Assembly (NCBI GenBank): GCA_041917855.1
Contig: JAYRWT010000044.1
Location: 21,563 to 85,562, forward strand
From: Patescibacteria group bacterium
GTDB taxonomy: Bacteria > Patescibacteriota > UBA1384 > CAILIB01
Direction of reading: 5' to 3'
DNA: 64,000 nucleotides
In this document: piece after piece, positions 9,507-17,968 of the stretch
How the letters are laid out: every line of letters begins with the position of its first letter
Position numbering within the stretch: the stretch's first letter is position 1
The notes under the pieces: generated by a model
The model's input: the letters and a program-made list of their open reading frames with translations, nothing else
Told to the model about the DNA's origin: nothing
Databases searched by the model: none
Position numbers and translations under genes: made by a program

Positions 9507-9761
9507 ATGAATTGTCCAGTATGCAGTGCGAACTTGGTTATGTCTGAGCGTTCTGGGGTAGAGATCGACTACTGTCCTCAGTGTCGCGGTGTTTGGTTAG
9601 ACCGCGGTGAGCTCGACAAGATTATCGAAAAAGCAGAAGGAGCAACTCCAGCAGCGCAACGTGCTCCCCAGCCACAGCAACACTACCCGCAGCACGACCG
9701 ACACGAGCATCGCCCGCACAAGCGACGTGAGTCATTCTTGGGTGATTTATTCGACTTTTAG
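9507..9761 (+). CDS. Zinc-ribbon protein (TFIIB-type zf family) with basic His/Arg-rich tail
   Basis: CPVC...CPQCRGVWLDRGELDKI matches the bacterial zf-TFIIB-like pattern. Confidence 0.6.
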   Translation: MNCPVCSANLVMSERSGVEIDYCPQCRGVWLDRGELDKIIEKAEGATPAAQRAPQPQQHYPQHDRHEHRPHKRRESFLGDLFDF

Positions 9762-9766
9762 CCGAG

Positions 9767-10495
9767 CTACAAGCTCCGCTCTAGCTTAGAGATTGGGTCG
9801 TACCAACCATGCTCTAGGGCAAAGGTCTGGATCTTTTTGTCGTAGCCAAATAGTATTGCAAGTCCAATCAAAATAAAGAGCAACCCAATGCCTCTGCGGA
9901 CTATGCCCTGGGGGTTAGCTAGCGAGCGTAGCCGGCTGCTAATCTTTTTACCGAGCAGCGCAATAGCAAGTAGCGCTATGCCTAGGCCTAGAGCATAGGC
10001 AGTCAGGTGTACAAACCCCTCTGCGAATGATCGGGGCAAGATAATGGCCACTATTAAAGCATAAGTCGGGCTGCAGCTATTGAATACAGGTCCAAGTGCT
10101 GCGCCAATTAAGAAATTTCCGAGTACTCCTTGTTTTTTAGCACTTTGGTTGAGTAGTGCATCTGACTGTTTTTGTAAGCCTGCCCTTATACTAATTGCGT
10201 CCCAAAGCTGAGGAAGCACTAGGGTCATGCCAAATAATACAAGGATAGATGCAGAGATTGCTTGCCAGAATAAATCAGGGATATTTAGTAGGGCCGTAGA
10301 TGCCTTGAGCAGCAAGGTGAACACAATCACCGAAGCAATTAGGCCGGCAATAATTTGATAGGGAGCAGCTTTAGAGCTTGCCTGTTGCTCCGTACGCACA
10401 ATACTGCCACCTAAAATAACCGGCAGTAGCGGCAGTACACAGGGAGCGGCCACGGTAAGGAAGCCAGCGAAAAAAGAACCAAGCAGCTCAATCAT
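9767..10495 (-). CDS. ccdA: CcdA/DsbD-family transmembrane thiol:disulfide electron transporter
   Basis: 242 aa polytopic membrane protein; conserved Cys in TM1 (AAPCVLPLLPV) and a CcdA-like architecture. Confidence 0.8.
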   Translation of the reverse strand: MIELLGSFFAGFLTVAAPCVLPLLPVILGGSIVRTEQQASSKAAPYQIIAGLIASVIVFTLLLKASTALLNIPDLFWQAISASILVLFGMTLVLPQLWDAISIRAGLQKQSDALLNQSAKKQGVLGNFLIGAALGPVFNSCSPTYALIVAIILPRSFAEGFVHLTAYALGLGIALLAIALLGKKISSRLRSLANPQGIVRRGIGLLFILIGLAILFGYDKKIQTFALEHGWYDPISKLERSL

Positions 10496-10996
10496 TTACA
10501 GAATATTCTTGATCAGTGCTGTTAGGCTTGGGTCACTCGAAGCGACAAAACTTGCCTCAAGCTTGCCATCGTCACCAACGCGAACCAAGGTGGTTTGTAC
10601 CTTTACGCCATAGGTTTTGCGCAGCGCTTGGTTAGAATCATAGTCAACTTTAATAATCGTTACACCCTGAGGAATTTTACCTGATCGAATACTCGCGTCG
10701 AGTGCGCGGCAGTCTGGACACCACGAGGCATGAAAGAAAAGAATCTTCTTGCCAGACGTTTTCTCAATAATGCCCGGCTCATAGGTAGTATAGGTTCCTG
10801 TGCTCGCAGTGTTGGCTTGCGCCGAAGCAGTGACACTAGCGACCGAAGCACTTGCTGTAGGAGTAGGAGTGCTCTCAGCTACTTGATTGCTATTCATAGT
10901 GCTCTGGCGCATATAGGCATATACGCCACCTGCAACAAGTACCAACGCACCAACCAGGATAAAAACCATCTGAGGAGTTTGGGATTTTTGCTTCAT
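10496..10996 (-). CDS. Membrane-anchored thioredoxin-like protein (TlpA/ResA type)
   Basis: Signal anchor, S/T-rich linker, WCPDC active-site motif. Confidence 0.8.
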   Translation of the reverse strand: MKQKSQTPQMVFILVGALVLVAGGVYAYMRQSTMNSNQVAESTPTPTASASVASVTASAQANTASTGTYTTYEPGIIEKTSGKKILFFHASWCPDCRALDASIRSGKIPQGVTIIKVDYDSNQALRKTYGVKVQTTLVRVGDDGKLEASFVASSDPSLTALIKNIL

Positions 10997-11059
10997 GGGG
11001 ATGTGTAATGGATTAGTCGGTACTTTTGTATGCGCCTACTATAGTTCATCAGATAGTCT

Positions 11060-12052
11060 GTGTACACTAAATCTATGATGCAGGTGACAAATAAAAACTT
11101 TTGGGATCCAAGTGGCATCGGTTTTAACGAGGCTGTTTGGGTAGAAGCTTATGCAGGCTTTGCGGAAACATACGCAAAATCAACAAATTTAATCCAGCTG
11201 CGCCGTAAGAGAAGAATCCTACTAACTATTGGTTGGGTGGGTATGATGGTTATGCCTGCGTTGGTTGGCTACGCCACGTATGCCCTAAAGCTATCACTAG
11301 ATGGTAATATTTTGTTTTTATTGTGTATTAGCTGGATGCCGTACTTGGCCATGTACGGTAATCTGAAAAAGATGCAGCACGATATCGCCAAGCTGCAAAT
11401 AGCAAAGGAAAAAGGATGGACCTACTGGCCAAGTGAAGACCGTGATCGCTATGGTCGATTATCTACCCTGTACCCTGCGGTATTTAATGTTGGCACTAGC
11501 TCCCAATACTTTTCAGATGAGTTTTGGGGAGAGCAGCCGGGGAAACATTTGACTACACCTTTTTGGGTTGCCGACTTTACCTACACCGTGGGTAGCGGTA
11601 AAAACGAAACAGTGATTCACGAAACTGCATTTGCGGTGCACTTAGCGCGTCCTGTGCAAACAGAATTAACAATCCTACCGGAAAACTTTGCTACGCGCGT
11701 GGCTAATGTTTTCACCCGTTCAGATATACAACTTGAATCTGCCGAGTTTAACCAAAAATTTCACCTAAGCTATGCGGCGGACAATGACGTACAAAAGAAA
11801 CAAAAAATATTTCAAGTTCTTAATCCGCCGGCGATGGCAACACTGTTAGATATTAACGATCACATTGGAAGGTTCAGGCTTACATTTAAGGATGATGTAA
11901 TTGCTGGCAGCTTCAGTAATCAAATTTTTAGACCAAAGTATTCAAACTTTTTTAAGAGCACGGCGGTTGACCCGCGTGACTTGCAAAACCTGAATGATTT
12001 TTTAACAAAGATCACCACGCTTGCTACTCAGCTCTCCTTTGATTTGGATTAA
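11060..12052 (+). CDS. Hypothetical membrane-associated protein
   Basis: 330 aa; internal hydrophobic helices (LLTIGWVGMMVMPALVGYATYAL, ILFLLCISWMPYLAMYG); no recognisable catalytic motifs. Confidence 0.4.
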   Translation: MYTKSMMQVTNKNFWDPSGIGFNEAVWVEAYAGFAETYAKSTNLIQLRRKRRILLTIGWVGMMVMPALVGYATYALKLSLDGNILFLLCISWMPYLAMYGNLKKMQHDIAKLQIAKEKGWTYWPSEDRDRYGRLSTLYPAVFNVGTSSQYFSDEFWGEQPGKHLTTPFWVADFTYTVGSGKNETVIHETAFAVHLARPVQTELTILPENFATRVANVFTRSDIQLESAEFNQKFHLSYAADNDVQKKQKIFQVLNPPAMATLLDINDHIGRFRLTFKDDVIAGSFSNQIFRPKYSNFFKSTAVDPRDLQNLNDFLTKITTLATQLSFDLD

Positions 12053-12114
12053 GTATGGAGTGGCTGTGATGCCTTCCAAGTCCTCTTAAGAGTACGCACC
12101 TACGTGAGTCACTT

Positions 12115-12681
12115 TTGATACGGCGTGTATTTTTTCATGTGTATACTGAGTGTGTGAATCCAGAGGAAGTCTATCGTCTGCATGTTAAGTCAGTGCACCG
12201 CTACTTTTACTATAAGGGCGTCACTATTAATGATGTAGAGGATCTTGTGCAAGAGTCTTTCTTTAGATTTTTTCAGGCCTATCCCGATCAACGCTCAGAA
12301 GTAGATACTCGCAAGATCCTCTATGTAATTTCACGGAATGTCTGGCGCGAGTGGGTGCGTAATCAGCTAAAACACCGGGTTTACGAATTAGATGAGCTAA
12401 AAGCCATCCCTGAAACGGCAGAAGATTTCTCAGAAGAAGATCCAGCAGAATACGATGGCCAGCGCGCTGTGTTGTTGGCTGTCATTGAGAAGCTAAACCC
12501 AACAGTTAAAGCAGTTTTAACCATGCGATTTATTGATGGAAAAACTAGGAAAGAGATAGCAGCACACCTAGGGATTGCTGAAAAAGATGTGCATACCTAT
12601 CAAAAACGCGGTATTAAATCCTTACACAAACTAGTTGCAAAAGATAAGTCGCTGGGAGAAGTTGTACCCCCTGCTGCATAA
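12115..12681 (+). CDS. ECF-type RNA polymerase sigma-70 family factor
   Basis: Region-2-like segment (DVEDLVQESFFRFF) and region-4 HTH (TRKEIAAHLGIAEKDVHTYQKRGIKSL). TTG start assumed. Confidence 0.7.
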   Translation: MIRRVFFHVYTECVNPEEVYRLHVKSVHRYFYYKGVTINDVEDLVQESFFRFFQAYPDQRSEVDTRKILYVISRNVWREWVRNQLKHRVYELDELKAIPETAEDFSEEDPAEYDGQRAVLLAVIEKLNPTVKAVLTMRFIDGKTRKEIAAHLGIAEKDVHTYQKRGIKSLHKLVAKDKSLGEVVPPAA

Positions 12682-12686
12682 ACTAA

Positions 12687-14222
12687 GTGGAGATGCATAT
12701 GTTTTCCAAACTATTTACCAACCTACGCCATGCTCTCTACCGTTCGCGCAAGCCTCTCTCTCCGGAGGAGCAGCAGGCAAGTGAAGACAGGGTGTGGCAA
12801 GGCCTCGCTACGAGGTTAAACAACCAATCAATGACTCAGAATGTCACTACGGCCAAGTCAGGTCGCAACAGCCTTTCATTTTTGCTGCCCGCGCTAGCCT
12901 TTGTGCTCGTGCTTGGGGTGGTCGCAACTATGGTGTATCGCCCTCAGCAAAACAAGGAGAAAAATCAGGTAGCAAGCAACGACGTAACAAGTGTCAAAGT
13001 AAACCCGGATATTGTTAACGATGTAGGTGTTGTCGCTCGTAAGCAAGGAGCTACGTCAAATGGAGTGGTTGGCTACGTACCTAAGCCAAAAAAAGCTGCC
13101 CAAGCCAGTCTTTTTGCTAGCACCGCATACGCTGCAGAAGACGAGTACACACCAGTTTTGTTCTACACCAAGAGCAATGCAGGCACACAGTCCCAATTAT
13201 TCTCTTATGATATTACATCAGGTACAGAGAAAGCTCTTACCTCTGCTGACGATTACGCTACAACACCTGTATTTAGTTCAAAAGGTCAGAAGCTGGCATA
13301 CAATATTTTGACGGGTCCAAACTCTAGTATGTTCCGCCCATGTCAGATTGCTATTCAGGACCACACCACAGGTAAGGTGATCGCCACTATCCAAAAGGAT
13401 GATACCCGCTGCCTTATTCCCGTTAGCTGGTCTGCAGACGGTAATTACTTAGTCATTACTGATGACTTTAAGGGTCGTCCACTAGATATCAGTGAGGACT
13501 CGATTATCCCTAAGACCGACACTCATGTACGTGTGTATAACGTGGCTACAAACGTACTTAGCGATTACGTTGAGCCAACAAATCAAGGTGATTGCTTTTC
13601 ATCTGGCGGGTGGAAGGATGATGTAAACTTTTATATCCATTGCTCTACATACGGTGTAAAAGTAGGTAGCGAAAAGCGAAGCGTGTTTAGCATCAACGTC
13701 GACACAAAAGTCGCAACAGAATTTACAGCGCCAACTCAATCGTTCTATGGATTTCAGCGTGTGGGTAATGACGACTTTTACATGGCAAGTATTCCACCAA
13801 AGAATCCTAAGCCAAATAGTAGTTACAGTCCGTATCGTATTGTGCGGCGCTCAGCCACAGACACGGAGCCATTTGTCTACCCGTTTAGTCAAATGACCTC
13901 CAACTTCATGGTGAGTAAAACAAGTAATGGTTCGGCAGGATATGTTGTCGCTGGTCAAACCACCGCAGATTGGTTCGCAGATGAAGATCCTGATGCCAAA
14001 ACCAGTCCGAGTTGGTTGGCCAAGGGTGGTGTGGTCATGTTTGATGTTAAAACAGGTAAGCCGACTCACTTTAATACCGCAAAAGGTTATGTTGAGTTAG
14101 TTGGTTGGTATGGTGATTATACTCACATTATTTACGTGAATAGTGAAGATAGCGGTGCACGTCAGTATCGTCTGCTCAACCTGCAGGATGGCAAGGATAG
14201 CCTAATCAAGAGTGTTGAGTAA
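12687..14222 (+). CDS. Putative anti-sigma factor: cytoplasmic N-terminus, one TM helix, extracytoplasmic TolB/WD40-like beta-propeller domain
   Basis: Directly downstream of the ECF sigma; TM at about aa 62-85; the large extracytoplasmic part has propeller-like repeats (FYTKSNAGTQSQLFSYDITSG, SWSADGNYLVITDD). Confidence 0.5.
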   Translation: MEMHMFSKLFTNLRHALYRSRKPLSPEEQQASEDRVWQGLATRLNNQSMTQNVTTAKSGRNSLSFLLPALAFVLVLGVVATMVYRPQQNKEKNQVASNDVTSVKVNPDIVNDVGVVARKQGATSNGVVGYVPKPKKAAQASLFASTAYAAEDEYTPVLFYTKSNAGTQSQLFSYDITSGTEKALTSADDYATTPVFSSKGQKLAYNILTGPNSSMFRPCQIAIQDHTTGKVIATIQKDDTRCLIPVSWSADGNYLVITDDFKGRPLDISEDSIIPKTDTHVRVYNVATNVLSDYVEPTNQGDCFSSGGWKDDVNFYIHCSTYGVKVGSEKRSVFSINVDTKVATEFTAPTQSFYGFQRVGNDDFYMASIPPKNPKPNSSYSPYRIVRRSATDTEPFVYPFSQMTSNFMVSKTSNGSAGYVVAGQTTADWFADEDPDAKTSPSWLAKGGVVMFDVKTGKPTHFNTAKGYVELVGWYGDYTHIIYVNSEDSGARQYRLLNLQDGKDSLIKSVE

Positions 14223-14258
14223 GTAGTGCGGCCGCTAGCGGCATAGGGCAGTAGGCTA

Positions 14259-14292
14259 GTAGAGTAAGGGGGAGACACCCCTTACTCTACTG
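14259..14292 (+). terminator. Strong perfect hairpin (14-bp stem, 6-nt loop) between the anti-sigma gene and the heliorhodopsin gene; terminator or attenuator
   Basis: AGTAGAGTAAGGGG-gagaca-CCCCTTACTCTACT; no T-tract follows. Confidence 0.5.
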
Positions 14293-14361
14293 TGTGTGGC
14301 TACACGTCACTACTTCCTTTGTAGAACTATGTATACTAAACGTACATAAGTAACCTATGCC

Positions 14362-15126
14362 ATGCAAAGCCAAAAAACCTTTAGCACCCTTAACCGATAC
14401 AATCTTGTAGCGGCGCTCCTGCACGCTGTGCAGGGTATTGCCGTGATTATTCTTAGTCGAGATTTTTCTCTGCCGATAAGTACTAGTTTCTTAAAGTTTG
14501 ATACAGCTAGCCAGACCTTACTTCCGTCTAGCGATACTGTGTTTAACCTTTCGCTGCCAGCACTACTAGCAGGTTTCTTCTTTCTCTCCGCTCTCTTTCA
14601 CCTAATTATTGCTACGTTCTACCGCAAAACCTATGAGACTAACCTAGAGGTTGGCCTCAATAAGGCGCGTTGGCATGAGTACTCTATTTCGGCCAGCGTA
14701 ATGATGGTGGCTATCTCACTCTTGGTAGGTATTTACGATCTTGGTAGCTTGCTCATGATTTTTGGACTCACTTGGGGAATGAACCTTATGGGCTTAGTCA
14801 TGGAAGTGCACAACCAAACAACCAAGACAACCAGCTGGCTGTCTTACTGGGTTGGCTGTGTGCTCGGGGCTATCCCATGGTTGGTGGTGGCACTCTACCT
14901 GTGGTCAGGCTACGCGAATGGCAGTGCTGCTCCAACCTTTGTATACTGGATTTTTGTTTCAATCTTTGTGTTCTTCAACTGTTTTGCCATCAACATGTGG
15001 CTGCAGTACAAGCAAATTGGTCCCTGGAAGAATTACCTGTACGGCGAGCGTGCGTACATGATCTTAAGTCTGGTTGCAAAAACACTACTAGCCTGGCAGG
15101 TATTTGGCGGAACACTCCGTCCTTAG
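14362..15126 (+). CDS. Heliorhodopsin (7-TM retinal-binding protein, inverted topology family)
   Basis: 254 aa; collinear similarity to heliorhodopsin 48C12 along the whole length (NRYNLVAALLHAVQGIAV; WHEYSISASVMMV with the counterion Glu; FVYWIFVSIFVFFNCFA; GERAYMILSLVAKTLLAWQVFGGTL with the Schiff-base Lys). Confidence 0.85.
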   Translation: MQSQKTFSTLNRYNLVAALLHAVQGIAVIILSRDFSLPISTSFLKFDTASQTLLPSSDTVFNLSLPALLAGFFFLSALFHLIIATFYRKTYETNLEVGLNKARWHEYSISASVMMVAISLLVGIYDLGSLLMIFGLTWGMNLMGLVMEVHNQTTKTTSWLSYWVGCVLGAIPWLVVALYLWSGYANGSAAPTFVYWIFVSIFVFFNCFAINMWLQYKQIGPWKNYLYGERAYMILSLVAKTLLAWQVFGGTLRP

Positions 15127-15146
15127 CAGCTTGCTTACGCCTATAT

Positions 15147-15178
15147 AAAAAGAGGTCGCTTCATCGCGACCTCTTTTG
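15147..15178. terminator. Bidirectional rho-independent terminator between convergent genes
   Basis: AAAAAGAGGTCGC-ttcat-GCGACCTCTTTT, a perfect 9-bp stem flanked by A/T runs on both strands. Confidence 0.7.
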
Positions 15179-15188
15179 CTGTAACCGA

Positions 15189-16100
15189 TTACTGGCAGTA
15201 GTCACTTGTTTTACCTTCGGTACCTGATCCTGGTAGTGCTTTTGCTGTAGTAGCGTCAGGCTCTGGCAGCGCATTCAACCAGCAGGTTCCGTAGTAGCTG
15301 AGCTCGGTAAATTGCCCCACTTTTTTCTGGAAGGTCGTTGAGCGTGAGGCTTGGTTGGCTTGGCGTAAATCGTATACACCAAAGTCAAAGCTGACGTTGC
15401 TGGTAGCACGGAACCCAACTTCTGTAGCTATAGCTGTTCCTTTACTAAAGCTTAAACCACTGGGAAATGGTGTGGTTTGCGACGCATCCTTCTTGGCGGC
15501 TGGTAAGTGCGCATCTACAAGTTTCTGCAGCTCTGGCGTAAGGGTAAGCAGGTGGTCGTAGCGGAGTAGATAGCCGCAAGGGTGAACAAAGTCGAGCATG
15601 GTTTGTACCTCTCCAGCTTCAATGTAGCGCGAGCCTCGCAGAAGTGAGCTATCAAGTGCTAGTGTCACCCCTACAGCGTTGCGTGTACCTGTTTGACTCT
15701 GCCCATCAAAGCGAAAACCGCCGTGAGGTTTGTAGTTACCGCCCCGCGTTTGACCGGGGTATAGAATGGCCGTGGCAAGCTGTATGTTTGTGGGTGTGGC
15801 AAGCCCAAGTGGGGTTGGGCAACTTGGTGCCGATCCTAAAGCCTTCCAGCCCTCACCGCTATACGACCAGGATACTGCCGTACTAGGCTCTGTGGCCTTG
15901 GGACTACTTGCCGCTGTGGCCTTTGTACTGCTCGCCGGCGTTTTGCTGGTTTCGGTGCCGGACTTGTCGGTGGCGGTGTCTGCAGTGTTTTCGGTGCGCG
16001 GGCGCATTGCAGCCGTGGCTCCTAAAATTACGCCAATGATAACTACAGTAGATAATCCAATAATAAGGATTCGACTTGGGTGAGGGGTAGGGTTGGGCAT
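15189..16100 (-). CDS. Hypothetical membrane-anchored secreted protein with Thr/Ala/Ser-rich linker
   Basis: N-terminal signal anchor, low-complexity linker, C-terminal globular domain with Cys residues; no recognisable family. Confidence 0.45.
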   Translation of the reverse strand: MPNPTPHPSRILIIGLSTVVIIGVILGATAAMRPRTENTADTATDKSGTETSKTPASSTKATAASSPKATEPSTAVSWSYSGEGWKALGSAPSCPTPLGLATPTNIQLATAILYPGQTRGGNYKPHGGFRFDGQSQTGTRNAVGVTLALDSSLLRGSRYIEAGEVQTMLDFVHPCGYLLRYDHLLTLTPELQKLVDAHLPAAKKDASQTTPFPSGLSFSKGTAIATEVGFRATSNVSFDFGVYDLRQANQASRSTTFQKKVGQFTELSYYGTCWLNALPEPDATTAKALPGSGTEGKTSDYCQ

Positions 16101-16174
16101 ATGAGTGCTGCAGGGTTATATGTGTGCCTACAGTATACAGGGCTTTCTTCTGATAACACTAGCCATACCCCCAG

Positions 16175-16203
16175 ACATAAAAAAGAGAGGTCGCGATTAC
16201 GCG
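16175..16203 (-). terminator. Rho-independent terminator of the minus-strand Gmk-like gene
   Basis: AGAGGTCGCG-att-CGCGACCTCT, a perfect 10-bp stem, followed by a T-run on the minus strand. Shares the AGAGGTCGC core with the 15147-15178 hairpin. Confidence 0.7.
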
Positions 16204-16233
16204 ACCTCTTTCAGTTTTTGCTTGCTACCTGAT

Positions 16234-17046
16234 CTAGGCAATTGATTCACGCACCACAGATACAATGCGCTCAATTGTGTCGTTGACCAAGTAGCAGGTT
16301 GCAATGCTGCCATCATAGGTTGCGCCAAACTCGTTTACCTGGCGCATGCCAAGGGTAGAGTCGTAGGCTGCTAAGCTTTCCTGTTCACCACTGTCCTCCA
16401 TGCGTTTTTGTAGACGCTCAAGCAATGTGTCGAACACAGGATCAGGTGGTAGCAAGTAGATGAGGGCAGCTCCTGTGGTTTCTTGATCTAGGCCAGCAAC
16501 AAGCTGGGCAACTACCTCAGCCGATTCCTCTACAAGACAGAGAGGGCTCTGCAGAGCTGCTTCTAGATGGGCTCTCTGAAAGCCATACCAGCCGCGCCCC
16601 TCGCGGAACTTTTTGGTTACAAGTTCTCCGTTTGCCTCTAGCTGTTTGTAGACTTCTTCAGTTACAAAGTGGTAGTCCACGCCGTCTGTCTCGTTTTCAC
16701 GAGGTTTGCGGGTTGTGGTGTTCAAGAGACGAGTCGCGCCGGTTTCGTTCAAGACTGCCTGAATAAAGGTTCCCTTGCCAACAGCGCCAGGGCCGTTGAT
16801 GGCCAGTACGCGCCGGGGTTTAGCCAGTGCGTCCGTAAGGTTGGATCGCGTTGCCGCCTCTAGGGTTGCAACAACCGATTCGTTCGGGACAGTATCCTGC
16901 CCCTGCCAGTAGTTGAGTGCGCTGCTGAGTGCATCCCGCCACCCTTGGCGCATGGTCGCGGTGAACTGCTGTAACTCACGCTGTTGAGTGGGGGAAGGTG
17001 TTTCTGCCATGGGGTTAGTTTTAGCAAAAATATGCAATTTTGACAA
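16234..17046 (-). CDS. Guanylate kinase-like P-loop nucleoside monophosphate kinase with ~70-aa N-terminal extension
   Basis: P-loop INGPGAVGKGT and the Gmk hallmark TTTRKPRENETDGVDYHFVTEEVY. Confidence 0.6.
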   Translation of the reverse strand: MSKLHIFAKTNPMAETPSPTQQRELQQFTATMRQGWRDALSSALNYWQGQDTVPNESVVATLEAATRSNLTDALAKPRRVLAINGPGAVGKGTFIQAVLNETGATRLLNTTTRKPRENETDGVDYHFVTEEVYKQLEANGELVTKKFREGRGWYGFQRAHLEAALQSPLCLVEESAEVVAQLVAGLDQETTGAALIYLLPPDPVFDTLLERLQKRMEDSGEQESLAAYDSTLGMRQVNEFGATYDGSIATCYLVNDTIERIVSVVRESIA

Positions 17047-17207
17047 TGAATATGATAGAGCCAGCTGCTAGCTGAGGCTCGTGTGTACACATTTATTTCA
17101 CACTACTAAGAGCGCGCTGCATAGACAAAAACCAAGATTTCCCGTATACATATAAAGCTAAATTCTTACGGCAACTTCTGCGCGAGAGTTAGCTCTGGAG
17201 AAAGATA

Positions 17208-17828
17208 TTGACACAACGAGGTATTGGAATCGTCCTCATGGGCCCCCCGGGCTCAGGCAAGGGCACACTTGGTGAGCGACTGCTCGCCACCGACTGGGGA
17301 AGAACGAAACTTAAACGAGTAGTCTCCCACACTGACCGACCAAGGCGAGAAAGTGATCACGAAGGGCAATACGAGTTCATCACTAAAGAAGAGATGGATG
17401 CAGTCTTTGCCGAGAGTGGCTGGGCAACACACGGTGAAATGAATGGTATTCGCTATGTGTACCGGCGCAGCAGCATCTTGAGTATTGTGGAAGCGGGCGA
17501 GGTGCCCCTACTCGATATTCGCACGCAGACACTAGCACGGCTAGTGACGAACGTGCCTGAGCTTGATTTTGCTGCTATGCTGGTTCACCCTGGCAATGTG
17601 CAAGACCTGCTTAACAGGATCATCGGCCGCGATGGCGACTCGCCATCAAGTCGGGACCGTGCCGCTCTTGCGGTAGATGAGTATGCCTGTGCTCGTACAC
17701 TGCTGCGGCAGCGCCCAGGCCTCTACACTACCATCTATAACCGAGATGGCGAGCAAGAAGCAGCCTTTGGCGCCATGCTTACTTTCTTGGGCAAGTATGT
17801 GCCTGAACTCATTGCGGTTCCGGCGTAA
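17208..17828 (+). CDS. Guanylate kinase-like P-loop kinase (paralog, divergently transcribed)
   Basis: P-loop LMGPPGSGKGT and TDRPRRESDHEGQYEFITKEEM, i.e. a Gmk-like TTRPxR...DGxDYxFV pattern with TDR in place of TTR. Confidence 0.55.
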   Translation: MTQRGIGIVLMGPPGSGKGTLGERLLATDWGRTKLKRVVSHTDRPRRESDHEGQYEFITKEEMDAVFAESGWATHGEMNGIRYVYRRSSILSIVEAGEVPLLDIRTQTLARLVTNVPELDFAAMLVHPGNVQDLLNRIIGRDGDSPSSRDRAALAVDEYACARTLLRQRPGLYTTIYNRDGEQEAAFGAMLTFLGKYVPELIAVPA

Positions 17829-17968
17829 TCGATCGTTTGGTCATTCTGATTGGGGCGCGCGTAGGCGTGCCCCGTTTTTTATTTCCTTTAGTCAGCGTAG
17901 CGCCAATCGTAGTTTGTAGTTGGTCAGAACTCCATCGTATACTAGTGGTATCACACTTAACATGTACT

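Noticed and set aside
12794-13311. Small plus-strand ORFs 12794-13018 and 13027-13311 inside the anti-sigma gene, and ORF 14772-15227 overlapping the heliorhodopsin gene
   Set aside because: Alternative frames of clearly coding genes with no motifs.
17047-17207. Candidate -35/-10 promoters in the divergent Gmk-like intergenic region (TTGACA at about 17080)
   Set aside because: Spacer to any TATAAT-like hexamer is wrong (5 nt). Not reported as a feature.
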